Assembly: GCF_964355755.1 (NCBI RefSeq)
Contig: NC_092674.1
Coordinates: forward strand, 10,230,001 to 10,294,000
Origin: Antedon mediterranea
Lineage: Eukaryota; Animalia; Echinodermata
DNA length: 64,000 bases
Direction of reading: 5' to 3'
Shown: one piece after another, positions 1-12,864 of the stretch
How the letters are laid out: every line of letters begins with the position of its first letter
How positions within the stretch are numbered: the stretch's first letter is position 1
Made by a program: the position numbers and the translations under genes
The notes under the pieces: generated by a model
What the model was told of the DNA's origin: nothing
What the model saw: the letters and a program-made list of their open reading frames with translations, nothing else
Database searches by the model: none

Positions 1-157
1 ACTCATTCATATTTTTTAAATGTCTTCCCATATTTTTAACTAGGATATAGTACAGTGTAGTTTTTTTAACAGTGTTTTTATTTTGTAATTCATAAAGTTA
101 TTAAAGTTTAAAGATATATAATTATCTTCTGTCTATTTATTATAGGTATTTGTCCAC

Positions 158-270
158 TTTTTAGTCGCATGCAAATGCAACTCTACAGCTCACTATGTTG
201 GTCGGTCAGTTGGTAAACACCAAGTCAAATTTGAGCATGCACCTGCAGCCATGTATATGGCCTTGTTTTT
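158..270 (+). mobile_element. Short Helentron-associated (HINE-like) non-autonomous element
   Basis: Starts in a T run with TTTTTAGTCGCATGCAAATGCAACTCTA (imperfect 5' hairpin), has a GTCG/GTCA microrepeat, and ends GCCATGTATATGGC-CTTGTTTTT (3' palindrome plus T run). This matches Helentron/DINE-1-type architecture, recognised by pattern only. Confidence 0.5.
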
Positions 271-994
271 CTTACAGGTTAATTAATATTCAGTATATTA
301 CTGGGGCGGTTTAGAATTTATTTTGTGCCTGTGACTTTCGTTTTGTGCAATTTTTGTGTTCATAAACAGTGTATTATGTCCCACATAACTGGCCCATATT
401 TCAAAACCTTAGCTGCACTGATGAGATCTAATAGAATTGAAACATACTGTATGCATATATATATATATATATCAAAAATTGTAAAACTGCATATGAAAAA
501 CAAAATAATAATTAATCAGTCCAATACTGTAGACCTTAAGATACAGTGTTTACTTACGTTATTATGTTGAGGTGTAAGTAACAGTCCTCATGCTCTGGAA
601 TAAAGACTTCATTCACAGTCCGTAATTGGTCTTTTTCTCCTGCATGTTGGTTGATGGCCTATCAAGCAAGCTCAACATGTATGTATGAGAAAGAAAACCT
701 GGGTCAACCTCAACAGTCTCAGAAATGGCATTGGTAGTATAAAACATTAAAGAACTCTCCATGAAGCAAAATATGGACAGTATCGAACAAATAAACCATG
801 TCATCAATGACTGCAAGGTCAACAGGTTTCTAAAGAATATACTCTAACATTTTTATATGATTATCCTGATACAATGATGTCAAAACGAAATTTTATTTGC
901 ATTTCTTTTATCATAGATCATTAGAAATCATTCTTGCACCACTGTTAATATGTTCTTGCTAAGACAATTATATTTATAAGCGTTTATACCGTTA

Positions 995-1192
995 TTTACC
1001 TCCGCCAAGGAGGTATATGTAGTCGTGTTTGTCTGTTTGTTTGATAGCAAGATTACTCAAAAAGTAATGGCAAGATCTTTACCAAAATGAAAATACAAGG
1101 ACCACTCCATTAAATTTGGAGGCAATCCGGACCAGGTTTGCAGGTCGTAGGATAGCATACATTTAATTTCCATAAATCCTGTTCCTTGGCCC
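995..1192 (+). mobile_element. Degenerate Helentron/HINE-like element
   Basis: TTTACCTCCGCCAAGGAGG 5' sub-terminal motif, (GTTT/GTCT)n microsatellite, AGCAAGATTACTCAAAAAG core, and a partial inverted copy of the 5' motif (CCTTGGC at about 1184). Confidence 0.55.
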
Positions 1193-1346
1193 AGCAGATG
1201 GATATGTATATATATATTTTGATAGAAATTTGATGCCAAAAAAGTCCTCTTCTAAATTGGGCTTTACTTCCTTATGTGTATTAGAAAATTATGCATCGAG
1301 ATAGGTGAGCTTCCTACTTCATCATTACTCATAATCATGGCAATTT

Positions 1347-1403
1347 CAACAAGACATAAACAAGACAGAGTCAAATACTTCTTCGCACACGTTCATATTT
1401 ATT
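1347..1403 (-). terminator. Candidate polyadenylation site of the AFF-like gene
   Basis: Minus-strand AATAAA at 1403-1398, followed about 30 nt later by a GU/U-rich element (TGTCTTGTTTATGTCTTGTTG, about 1367-1347). It implies a 3' UTR of about 4.9 kb; other AATAAA hexamers occur in this AT-rich region. Confidence 0.35.
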
Positions 1404-2166
1404 TCTTAAACTTACAGTGATCAGCAGTTCACCTTTGTTTCATTGTACAATGTTTCAATAAAATACAGTCTCTACATCTCTCTCCAAACTCAACATTTTA
1501 GGCACAGAACGAATGCTGGTTTATCAGTCAGGGTCTAAAGCGTGATTTAGTAGTGATACACAATTTGTAGTAGCAGTATAGTACTGTAGTCAATTTAGTA
1601 CCATTAAAAAGGAAAAAGAGTAGAACGGCCCAATTAAGATGTTTTTTGGTATTTTAAAAATAGTAGAGCTAAGGACTACAAAAATAATTAGGTAGCCGCT
1701 ATAGATGTAGTAGAATTACTTATGACTTAACGATTGTGAACGTGAAAAGACTGAATCGAGTCTCTGCATATTTTAAAAACTAATTCGTAGTTCACATCCG
1801 TAATAACTCATTGTACAAATTGGTGTAATAATCCGAAAGATGTCACAACGCCTAGTTGTGTTAAAGCTTGGTTCCCATTTAGAGGCAACACAAGGACCTA
1901 AGCCCACCATCATCCAAACTTTCGCTAGGTGAACTCTCCTGCGTGACCTACATCCAAGGAAACTATAGCAGTAATTTTACTGTATGGCAGAAAAGTAAAA
2001 TAAAGTAACAAATTGTAGTGATTACAATAGTAACTTCTTTTCAAAATATGAACTATATTGTACCGAAAAAACGGTACTACTATCCTGGCAGTTTTAAATG
2101 AATTCATAAAATCAGTTTTAAGAATTGGGTATGGTAGTCATATCTCCATCCAAAGGGAAGTAGGCC

Positions 2167-2198
<32 letters not shown>

Positions 2199-5100
2199 TA
2201 GTTATTTAAGTAATAACCAGCATTCAAGGAACTCGACACATGCGTAGAGAACAATACAAAAACACCAGCATTGTATTATCTAATAAAGATATGAAAAAAA
2301 TAAACATAGGTATAAACGCTGTTTATAGTATACCGATACAATAATAACATGTTTACACTCACAAATAATTAAAGCAAAATATAAATACATATCATACCAT
2401 CAACAAAAAATGATCAAAGCATTTGTTGAATATCTCTCTTTTCGTAAGAAAAAAAATATTATACATTTTTTAAGTTGACAAAATAAACACACAAACACTT
2501 TATATAAATATTATCTGTCGTAATAGTCAGTCTGAAGAGCTTATATTCAGCATAGCTTTGTATATATCCATACGGAATGTTAATATACATTTTTACAATG
2601 CTTAAATGACGGATACCAATCAAATAAACCAAGATATTTAAACGGCCAAATTTTGATTTGTTAACCTCTTATTACAAATATTATATACTGTAAAAATAAT
2701 TTCTGGACTGAAAACTATGAGATTTAACAATGGAAGTAAAGTTTGCCAATACTATCTGATGGTAGAATTATTTTAGTGAATACCACCTAACAAAAATAAT
2801 CTTACAATAATCAGACTAAATTAATGCAAGGCTATTGTGAAAAGTGTACATATTCAGTAAAATTGTACAATTGTTGTGTTAAGACCACATTTATTAAAAT
2901 TGTAATTTTTACCCCTACAAAGTTTAAAACAATGTAGTAACATTACAATGTGAACTATTCATACGAAAAATTAACACTATTTTCATTAAATGAACATAAA
3001 CGTGTGATATTGCTTCATTATATAATAATTCAAATTCATTTCCATGGGACTATTTGTCGTTTGATTAAAATTTCACGATCATATCTTATTTCACTGAAAC
3101 GTTGAGAGAATTCGTCGGTAAGGTAAACAGATGAAGGTCGAATACGGTTAATGTACATTTAAATATACATGTGGTTGAAAGATAACTTGCATATGAGATG
3201 CTGTAGTATGCAAATACCTTCCACTTAATTATACAGGAAATCGATACAGTTTAATTACAGTATTTACATTTAAATAAACTCATATATTAAGACTTAAATA
3301 TGCACAAAATGGATGTAATCATATGTTTTTACATGCCAACATTTCTCTTAAATAATTGAAAACAACATATACAGCGCCCTCTGTTGATAGACGCGTCTGT
3401 TAAGAAATTCATCTATATAAAAAAAGTTGTCTTTATAGCATTTTATCATCAGTGTTATGTTAAACACAACAAAATAGTTTACCGTCAAAAAAAAAAAATT
3501 GGTTAAAATAAACCACCTTATTTTTTATAAGTTTAATTGAAGTTATTGATATTTTTTGGACTGCTGTCAAATAAATAAATTATTTTAAAACGGGTTGTAA
3601 TTTTTGCATATCATTCTCTATGACAACCTTTGTGCAGCATTTACGTTCAAAATAATTAAGGCTGCTATGTATGTAGTTTTCGGACAAAATGATAATATGT
3701 TCAGTTTATAAATAATTCATTTATCTTGCACCATAAAGTGTGGCACCATGGCAACTGAATAAAAGAAAATAATATTACCATTTATTATCTTTTAATATTG
3801 CTTTGATAGAAATATCAAACAAAATCACTCATAAACAAAATTACCTTTTAAAATTAAAAAACAAAGTTCTATTATAAATATAATTAAATAGGACAGGACA
3901 ATCTTCTATAATCAATGTATTTTTTACCAAAAGAGTTGCATTTTATTTAAATATCTTTATTTTTACTTTAGTTTTGTTTGGAGTTGTGTTAACAATAAAT
4001 TGTTTACACCATTATCTTTAACTTCTTAAATAACTTTATCTTCCAAAAAACTTAGGAATCAATTTTTTAATATTTTTCAAAATTTCATTAATTTATTATT
4101 TAAAAATATTAATTAATAAGACAAAAAAAAAATATAATAGAAAATAAAATTAAATATTAATATATTATAAGCACAGGAGGCACTCGCTTGAAAGGCATAA
4201 TAATGGTTCAACAAGAATTTCTTTCTTATTACATTGAGAAGATTTCTTGCATGATTCATGCTCGAATTATGGAAATGTTATTTTCCATTCCTAAATATTT
4301 GGATTTTATTATTAAACAAAGCACACATTGTCTTTTTCTCTATTAAATAAAATGCAAGAGATAACGTCATACTAATAAAACTTCCAAGCTGACATGGTCA
4401 TTTCCCACAGATAGAGCACACGCCCATACGAATATTAATAATACAGTAATACCATTTCCCTGTGTTGCTAATGTACTGAGAGTGTAAGATGGTTTTATCT
4501 ACAGCTTTATCAAATGGAACAAAAATCTTATTCTCAATCAATCACATATTCCTGAAACATTCTTGAACCATTCTTGAACCAAAAAAAATTCCATTTAATG
4601 GAGAAAAAAATAGCATGAATGGTTCAAAATGATCTACTGTATACCCCTTGTATTTAAGCCTATTCTTATGAAGAAAAAAAAACACCCTGAAAGTGAACCT
4701 TGTACTTTACTTTTTCAGATTCTATAAATGACTTTGAATAAATTCAACAGTGGTTTTAAACAGAAGTGTAATAAGGCAATATTCTCTACAAATACTTAAT
4801 TATTAATTACATTTTATATATTAAAGTTTTGTGATCATTTGTACAGAATTAACTAGTTGTACTAATATATAATAATGATGATAATTGATTAAGTTTATAT
4901 TAATACTAATGAAAATACCATCGTATAGACATACAGAATTCACAATTAATAGCACTATATCGAAAACTAATCATTTTGAATTTCCTTATACAAAAAATTA
5001 TTTCTAAATCTGAGGCGTTCATTAAACAAAATGGGGTTTATTCAGGCGGATTGGAAGCTAGCATTGGAAGACAAAAATGATAACAAAAGAATCGATTCGG

Positions 5101-5587
5101 TCAACATCTTAATAATGTGATGGATTTAAACTAACTTTAAAACATGGGTGTTTATTCTAATTAAAAATAATCTTTTAAAATGTCTGTAGACTTTGGCAAG
5201 ATTTTTAATCCAAATATGGATAAATTCAGCATTTCATTCTCTCTTTTAATTAGTAGTTTTGTTAAAAATATAATATACAACATAACAATCATAAACCAAA
5301 AAATAAGTAATTGCTTAATTTGTAATTACTGTATTAATAATAATTATTAATAAGAATGTATGTTGAATTTTGTGACGGTAATAATATAAAAAAAATATTG
5401 CTAATAATATGAATCATCAAGTTTATGAATAACCTGAAAAATGATTTGTGAATAAAAAGTTGAATTGAAGACGATGATACAGATTATTATTGAATACATT
5501 CTGTGAACAAAACAACATTTTTAATATGCGAGAAAATTAAGCATTTTGTTGAATTGCTGAATGTTTAATTACTCCAAATTCTCTTTT

Positions 5588-5735
5588 CCAGTATCATAGA
5601 CAAATTCCTTAATATCATATCATATGTGATACACATGTGATATTATATCATAGGCACTAAGCAAAATATATCACTAAATTTAAGCTCTGATGATACAGAT
5701 CTCACATGTGATGCTGTATCATTTCATGATACTGG
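5588..5735. mobile_element. Palindromic MITE-like repeat (related copies at about 37605-37720 and 62620-62790)
   Basis: CCAGTATCAT...ATGATACTGG inverted ends and internal CACATGTG palindromes shared between three loci. Confidence 0.45.
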
Positions 5736-6280
5736 ACAAATAATGCATCTTTGTAGATACAGTAGGAATTGGGTGAAATTATTATAAGCTATTTTTCAAG
5801 ACATCCAAACAAATAATAGTATCATTGCTTAACAGAAATAGTAATATAGGTCAATTTCTTTGGACTAAATGAACCCAAAACATAAGTAGCATGTTTGGAT
5901 TCTATTCCCAACCCAAACCCACTAATTGAAAAGAGATTGAAAACATGTGCAAAATATGTATTTTAAAAAAGGCTAGAAAAAAAATTTAAATACAAGGGAT
6001 CATTTTTTCACTATCTATATCTGAACTCAATTAAGATACTACAGCCCAAGCATGATGGCATTTTAAAAATACTCGCTGCTTTGGAATAGTACTTATAAAC
6101 TCTGTTGTTAAACCTTAATAAAATCTTTGTATATATAACACATTATACTTTCATTTTTTTCACAGTATAAAATATACACAAGGTGGAATTGTTTAAGCTT
6201 TTAAAAACATCAACATAGATTTGTAGCGGAGTGTCTTGAGATTTGGACCGACGTTGCTGGTGCTCAGGGATGGCACCGTG

Positions 6281-6402
6281 CTAAAGATGTGATGTCTCTT
6301 TAAGCCAACGAAGGCCTGCACGTACGTACTTGACAAGATCGATCAGAGTACTGTTGTAAAGGGATAATGCACCGCATTCCTGATCAAGCTCCCGGAAGAA
6401 TT
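6281..6402 (-). CDS. AF4/FMR2 family member (AFF/lilliputian-like), last coding exon
   Basis: Acceptor TTCTTCTACTTATAG. Encodes (E)FFRELDQECGALSLYNSTLIDLVKYVRAGLRWLKETSHL* (TAG at 6283-6281), matching the end of the AFF C-terminal homology domain. Confidence 0.93.
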
Positions 6403-6596
6403 CTATAAGTAGAAGAAAAAAAATTAAATCAAGGACAAACAAAGTGGAAAGCAAAGAGTAGGACGTATGGTGATACTATTTGCATTTATTGAGTCTGGTC
6501 CCAATTTTGTTGATTCTGTTAGGTGTACAGTATGTCAAGATGCATATTTAACACATAATTGACATAAATGAATAGGTCGTCGCAGAGCTCTCTACT

Positions 6597-6956
6597 GCAT
6601 TATTTTTTTTCCTATGAGACTAAGGCAGAAATCATGAATAATTCATTAGAATAATTATGACATAATATGGGACATTAGAGATGGTGCTATATAAGTAGGG
6701 AGGGAGATTAAATAATGTATTTGCCAACCGAAATGTTTGGTCTAGTGGTAAAGGCTTTAACATATTACACTGGAGCCCTCGGTTCGAGGTCTATCAAGAA
6801 CATGTTTTTTTTAAATAGTTGAGATTATTTAGAAAGTTAGATTTAGTACATTAAGGAAGTAGATCAGCTATCGTGCAATTCTTTATAATAGAAAATAATT
6901 AAGGTAATGAATTATTCATGATTTCTGCCTTAACCTCTTAGGAAAAAAAATAATGC
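6597..6956. mobile_element. MITE/fold-back element with about 52-bp terminal inverted repeats and a tRNA-like interior
   Basis: 6597-6648 is the reverse complement of 6905-6956 with about 3 mismatches. The interior has A-box-like TGGTCTAGTGG (about 6738) and B-box-like GGTTCGAG (6781). Confidence 0.7.
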
Positions 6957-7181
6957 CTCTAGATATTTTTTTTTTTCCATATCCAAAATAATCCGGAGAA
7001 GTTATACCCCTATAGAGGGGTGGGAGGATGACTCAATATATCAAGAGACATGAGGATGGACTTTAAAAGCTCAGTACCAAACATAAACAAAACTGCTGTG
7101 ATTACTAGAACATTTGTGAGGTTTGAGTATCAAAAGACTTTGGTAGTACACGTTTGAGAAACTGGAGAATCTTGTACATAC

Positions 7182-7453
7182 CAGCATTTTCTTGAAGACA
7201 TGTTTCAGCTTTTTCCCAGAGGTCTAAACTGTAAAGGTGATGATTCGTGACAGTAAAATACAAAGACATGATGGTGTGAACTTTCTGCGTGATGGACACA
7301 CTCGCTGGTGACATCAGACCGATTCCGTTCGACAAGCGATTCTGAGACGAGGATGAAAACGGGTCACCATTGTTGCTACTTTGTGAACCTATTGATCCCA
7401 CACTTCCAGCTGGGGATGGTGTTGGTGACATTGGTGAGGGGGTACCAGTGCAT
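7182..7453 (-). CDS. AFF-like exon (C-terminal homology domain)
   Basis: AG/GT bounded, 272 nt, phases fit both neighbours. Encodes CTGTPSPMSPTPSPAGSVGSIGSQSS...VTNHHLYSLDLWEKAETCLQENA, a hallmark AFF/lilli segment. Confidence 0.93.
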
Positions 7454-7621
7454 CTGTAGTATAAATATGTTACACAAAATAATTAAGATATAAGGATTTC
7501 ACTAGTTCATGTATCAACTAATAGAGAACACAATTGTTAAGTGTTCCCATATATGATTGGTTGATTGGGGTAGCACTATCCAGATCGGGCATTCTCACTA
7601 CGATAAGGTTGACCATTTGCT

Positions 7622-7783
7622 AAAACTTGGTTCTCACAAGGACACAATGTAAGGACTGAGGCACAGCGCAAGCGAATTAACCAATGATATGCAACAGTTT
7701 GGATAATCCATCACTTATGATTGGTCAAATTACTTTAATTTCGTATATGTCCTTGTGCTGCGTCCTAGTGGGAAACATGTTTA
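7622..7783. mobile_element. PIF/Harbinger-like MITE (related fragment at about 1863-1905)
   Basis: Imperfect TIRs AACTTGGTTCTCACAAGGACACA / TGCGTCCTAGTGGGAAACATGTT and internal inverted CCAAT/ATTGG motifs. Confidence 0.5.
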
Positions 7784-7886
7784 AATTAGTGTAATCCAAC
7801 CCTATGGTTATGACTTGAGCTTTCAAAGTTTAGCGGATGAACATTACCACACCATCATGTGAACACATGTTAATAATCACACTTAC

Positions 7887-8027
7887 TTGGAAGAGTTCCA
7901 AGGAGAAGGAGCTTGCTGGGATTTGGAAACAAGTTTGAAATACTCCTTAAGATGTTGTGAGTGTTTCCACGCTGCTTCCTTTCGTAATCGGAACATCCTC
8001 ATATACAGAATTGCTTGACAACGGTAA
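7887..8027 (-). CDS. AFF-like exon (C-terminal homology domain)
   Basis: 141 nt, GTAAGT donor. Encodes YRCQAILYMRMFRLRKEAAWKHSQHLKEYFKLVSKSQQAPSPWNSS. Confidence 0.93.
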
Positions 8028-9266
8028 CTAAAAAAATATGGAAAACATTAAAGGAATACGAAAACATTGAACTAAACAGATTGGCAACGGTGAATGGTAT
8101 TAGCATCTGGAAACGATTATACAAATGGAATAATATTTCAGAGAAAACTCTAGAAATGGAAACAATTACAGAACAATTAATACAAAACATCTTATAAGAA
8201 ATACAAACAAAAAAAGGAAAACAACATTTTAAAAATTGGGGGGTGGGGGAGAGAAATAGCTACCAAATATTGTCATCAAAGTGGATATGTTTGAAACAGG
8301 TTGTAAATAATAGCTTTATTTTTATTTTTTATTAAATTTCCAGTTATACAGTAAAACATAATATGAACCTAAGTGGAAGTACTATCAATGTGGCTCTCCA
8401 TAGTCCAAACATACACAAATAGCATACAAAAATCTGATAATTAAGAGCACATATTAAACATAGAAATTATAACAATACGATTATCAAAAAAAGAATAACA
8501 AAAAGAGGTTCTGCGACCTGAAAATGTTTACAAAAAGGTGATGAAGAAATAAAAATAAGAAATATAGAAATATGTTATTATATATAAAAATTGTAACAAT
8601 ACGATTATCAACAAAATTAATAACAAAAAAGGATTATCTGCGATTTGAAAATGTTTGCAATGTCTTTACCAGCCTTGAAGATGTGCGTGTTATAAATCTT
8701 GATTCTAATTAATTTTACAGAAGCCAACAAAGCATTTTAATTACAGTCACATTTTTAATTAACTTTTAATGCAAATGTACTTTTGGGAAAACAATTTGAA
8801 TATATAATTTAAAATTTTATACATATTTTATGATTTCAGAAGGATTTTCACTTTAACTAAATACTTGTTGGCGTGGATGTAAATACATGAATGTTTAAAA
8901 AGTATAAATCTGCCAATATTTTTTTAGAACAGGATAAAAAATACAGTATTAGTCACTCTTCTATCTAAAGGAATCCTAATCAAATCATGAAACAAATCAC
9001 TTATACTAGAACAAATTTCCCAATTTTTATGACTAATAAACTTTATCAGCGGATCTGGAATGAAGGAACCTGGCAGGTTTCAAATGATAAAATCCAAAAA
9101 GATAAAACAATTATTTTGGCAAAAATCCACATATAATATCTTAAGATTTTCGCATATTAAGATAAAAAACCAAAAGGAAATTGTTATAATATTTCCTTTT
9201 ACATTCAATACTTCTCAAATATTATATAATATTAACATAATTTGGAAACCTGTTTGAAAAACTCAC

Positions 9267-9329
9267 CATAATATTGTTAACTTTTTGTCAACTGCTACAA
9301 TCTCTGGGTCTTTAAATCTATGAATAAAT
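9267..9329 (-). CDS. AFF-like exon (C-terminal homology domain)
   Basis: 63 nt, TTTTCTAG acceptor, GTGAGT donor. Encodes FIHRFKDPEIVAVDKKLTILC (AFF DKxLxxLC motif). Confidence 0.9.
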
Positions 9330-10251
9330 CTAGAAAAAGAAAATAAATTATTGATCAAATAAAAGCTGTTTCTTCAATAATAATTTAAATGATAAGACAT
9401 GGTAAAGTTAATAAAGATATTAAATAATTGAATAATATGAAAATTAATCAAGTATATAAAAATATCTGCGAGGATTTTTTTTTTTTTTCAGAGAACTATA
9501 CTTTTTTTTAATATTTGCGAACCGCCTTAAACATTAAATAGTCAGTACCTATTAAATTATAGAAGTATATTTAAACTAAGCCTTACAGAGATGAACCTAT
9601 TAACTCATTTCTATATTGGGGTGACTTTTAAGTAAGATAGACATCATTTTGAAAAGTCCATAAATATCTACTAAACCACAATTCAAGAGAGCAATTTATC
9701 TATCCAATAGAAATTACAATTTAACATCATCATATAAAATGCCACTAAATTCATACATATTGCATCATATTTCCTATTATATAAATGGCTTTGAATTCTC
9801 AAGCAATAAAGCATTAAAAGCTTTCACACGTCTTGCCGTAATATCAATTTATGAAATATCCTGAATATTGCGAATTTCAATGAGGTGAAACAAATCTTGG
9901 TCAAACTGTCGATTACGCAGCGCAATTCAATTTGAATTCCTCTGTTTTAGTTAATCATATGCACAAACAGACTTGATATTATTATCAAAATATTATGAAT
10001 GTTTACGAATGGATAGTGACATTTTATGAATTGAAAGATGGACTTGCCTCTGCCTGGTTAAATAGGCATTTTGATTTATTCATATTTGCTTCAAATGTTA
10101 AAAACAATATTTCATTAATTATTATCATCTGTGTTTACTAGTTTTGCAGCAAATCAATGCAATACAGTGGAACTTCTTCTTGTCGAAGACGTCTACTATG
10201 CTTTTGGGGCCATGGATATATATTGCAATATAAATACTAAGGCTTACTCTT

Positions 10252-10380
10252 AAGCTCTCTACACTATCCAACTAGCTTGGGAAAAAAAGTGTGATGTGCT
10301 CAAATATGGTAGTAATATGACATCATCATGTCCATATATGGTTGGCACATCACATAAAGTTTGGTAATGTAGACAGAGCT
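10252..10380. mobile_element. Palindromic MITE, family with AGCTCTGTCTACACTATCAAAC termini (Harbinger-like)
   Basis: Inverted ends AGCTCT(GT)CTACACTATC / ATGTAGACAGAGCT. Internal sequence is shared with the copies at 17897-18014, 24227-24393 and 25963-26210. Confidence 0.7.
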
Positions 10381-10556
10381 AAAGAACTAACAGAGAAGTA
10401 ACCAGAGGCTTATACACCAGGACAGTGAAACTCCTAGTTGTTGAGACTGTATACAAGAAATGTTTTAACCACTAGACGCTTTGCTCAGTCCTGAAGGTGT
10501 CCCTTTAATAGGGGTTCTACTGACTGACTAATGTGACGGCAATAATGATTACATAC

Positions 10557-10696
10557 TTGATAAGTTCAATGGTATCGGTGTACATCGTTAAAGGTTTTTC
10601 ATCAGATATGTGTTGATCATCCTCCATGGCATTACCACAAAGAATGAAGTACAAGACGGCATCAACGTATGCTAGGGCCTTTGCACCTTTATCAGT
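10557..10696 (-). CDS. AFF-like exon (C-terminal homology domain)
   Basis: 140 nt, AG/GTATGT. Encodes TDKGAKALAYVDAVLYFILCGNAMEDDQHISDEKPLTMYTDTIELIK, with the conserved AxLxFIxCGNAxE and MYxxTxxLI motifs. Confidence 0.95.
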
Positions 10697-12800
10697 CTAT
10701 AAAAAGATAAAAAGAACAATTAAATACATTTTAACTTTCAACTGAGAAATAAGTGAATATCTAAATTTTAGTGACAATTGTGTCTGAGAAGTTGCAAAAT
10801 CAATAAGTTTCAATCGATTATCTATCGTGTATTTTTATGGATTCAATTTCGTAATTGTTGCTTTGCACAGACCTGATTTAAAGAGAAACAATTCAATTTT
10901 AATGTTTAAATTTGTGTGAAATCAAACATCTGTATACATACAAATATCTATATGTGTTTTAGTGTCTAATAGGTCCATGATATAATAATGTTTGATGTCT
11001 AAAATTGTTAATTTAGATGAAAATGAATAAAGGAGAGGTAATTTAATCTTTATTTGAGGTAAAATTAGTTAAAATAGACACAGGATTAGGCATCTAAACC
11101 AATGCATATCAAAAGTCATGGTATGCGTTTAAATTGAATTAAAATGGTATCTTTCAGTACTACTGAAAACACATTTTAAGCAAACACAAGACAAAGGTCC
11201 AATATTAAGTCATATTTTTCATTGATATACAAAATTCACAGTTTACTGAATAACCAGTGGAGCATGTCCAGGAAAGCAGATCCCCCAGAGGTGTGCAGGA
11301 CTTCCTAATACGACACGCAATCTTATATAACTATTAATAAATTGTTAACAAGTTCTAATAATCCAAGGCTATTGTTCAGTTTTATGATTTAGAATTGTAT
11401 CATTTGAAATCAGGCATAACATTTAACTTGATTGATAATTTTATGGCATATTCTATATATAAAATATTTTATTATATTAATTTAGCATCTAAAAATTGGT
11501 ACTGATATCTCTTCAATCAACAATATCATTTTATAGTATATATTTAAAGATTTATTTCTCCATGATTTAAATAATGCAGTTTATCATGTCTCAATAAAAT
11601 ATTTTTAGAATTTACAAATGCACATTATATTGTTCAAATCTAATAAAAGAAAACTTAATATTTATTTCTTTTATCTCAATAGGAGAAAAAATATTTTTTT
11701 AAGTAGAGCAAATTAAGAATGGAAAACTCAGAAATCAAAAGCTTGAACAAGGCAACCCAGAAACGGAAACATACATCAAAAATATAATTTATAAATAAAC
11801 TAGAAAATTATTTTAAAAACACCCTTCTTTTTGTTCTAAACTCGTGGGGTTCTTTTAATGGCAGAATATCCCAATCCTAACAATTGTTAATGAAAATCTA
11901 CAGCAAAGGCAAATAAAACATTTTTATATAGAGTAAAAATGTCCATTTACAAAATTGTACAGTATTTAGAAGAGCTTAGTAGAGCGACAATATAACTGCC
12001 TATAAAGCACAATCTCATTTCTTAAAATTAACATAATCTGACATTATTGCGATGTATATCGAGGCAAACGATGCAACTCATAGAAGTTACGACTAACACG
12101 AGATATTCAATAACGTGCATCATTACTGGAGTAACGTCATGCCTGATTAAGCACAAGACGAATATCGTTAATTGTGAATACGGTAAAGGAATAATATGCT
12201 AAGCTGGAAATCACTGTATATCTAAATGCTATGAAAATATGTTATTGTGGATGACTTTTTTCTTTACCACACAATTTTTACTGTAAAATCATAGCGTTTT
12301 GACTTGAGAGTTTAATTTCTTAAATAATATATGCTATTTTAATTAACATATATTTTATTTTAAATAAATATTTGATTTGCTAATCTTTTGAATTTAATTG
12401 AACACTGAATAAAATGCACTTTTCAATTCTATTACCCACTATACAACCCCGGGAGAGGTGCGTCATTTACTTAATGTACCTAATGTACATCATACCTTAT
12501 GAATACCTGACACACCCCTGCGTCAAAAAAAGTGATTTCAGGTGACCATGATGCACCCATTTTGACTTATTGTGACCATATTGTTTGTGATATGGACAGA
12601 CATTGACACACAATTGTTCATCTTGTGACGAACCATGTAGATTTTTGGACATACCCCTGCGTCAACAATTATTTGTAAATGACGCATCCATGATAAAAAT
12701 TCAAAACTATTTAAATTTGAGAGTGATATATAAGATGGTTTCAGGTATGCATTCAAACATCTGTAAAGTATGATATATATGTTGCCATCCCAACACTTAC

Positions 12801-12864
12801 CAAGGCATCTGCAAAATGTTTCAATTTCTTTGCTTCTTTTAAATAGTCATCTACTCCCATTGGC
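12801..12864 (-). CDS. AFF-like exon (start of C-terminal homology domain)
   Basis: 64 nt, GTAAGT donor. Encodes PMGVDDYLKEAKKLKHFADAL (AFF YLxEAKKLKHxADAL motif). Confidence 0.95.

Noticed and set aside
1-620. 3' end of a convergent plus-strand gene (AATAAA at 599-604)
   Set aside because: Only a hexamer in AT-rich sequence, with no exon or coding evidence in the window.
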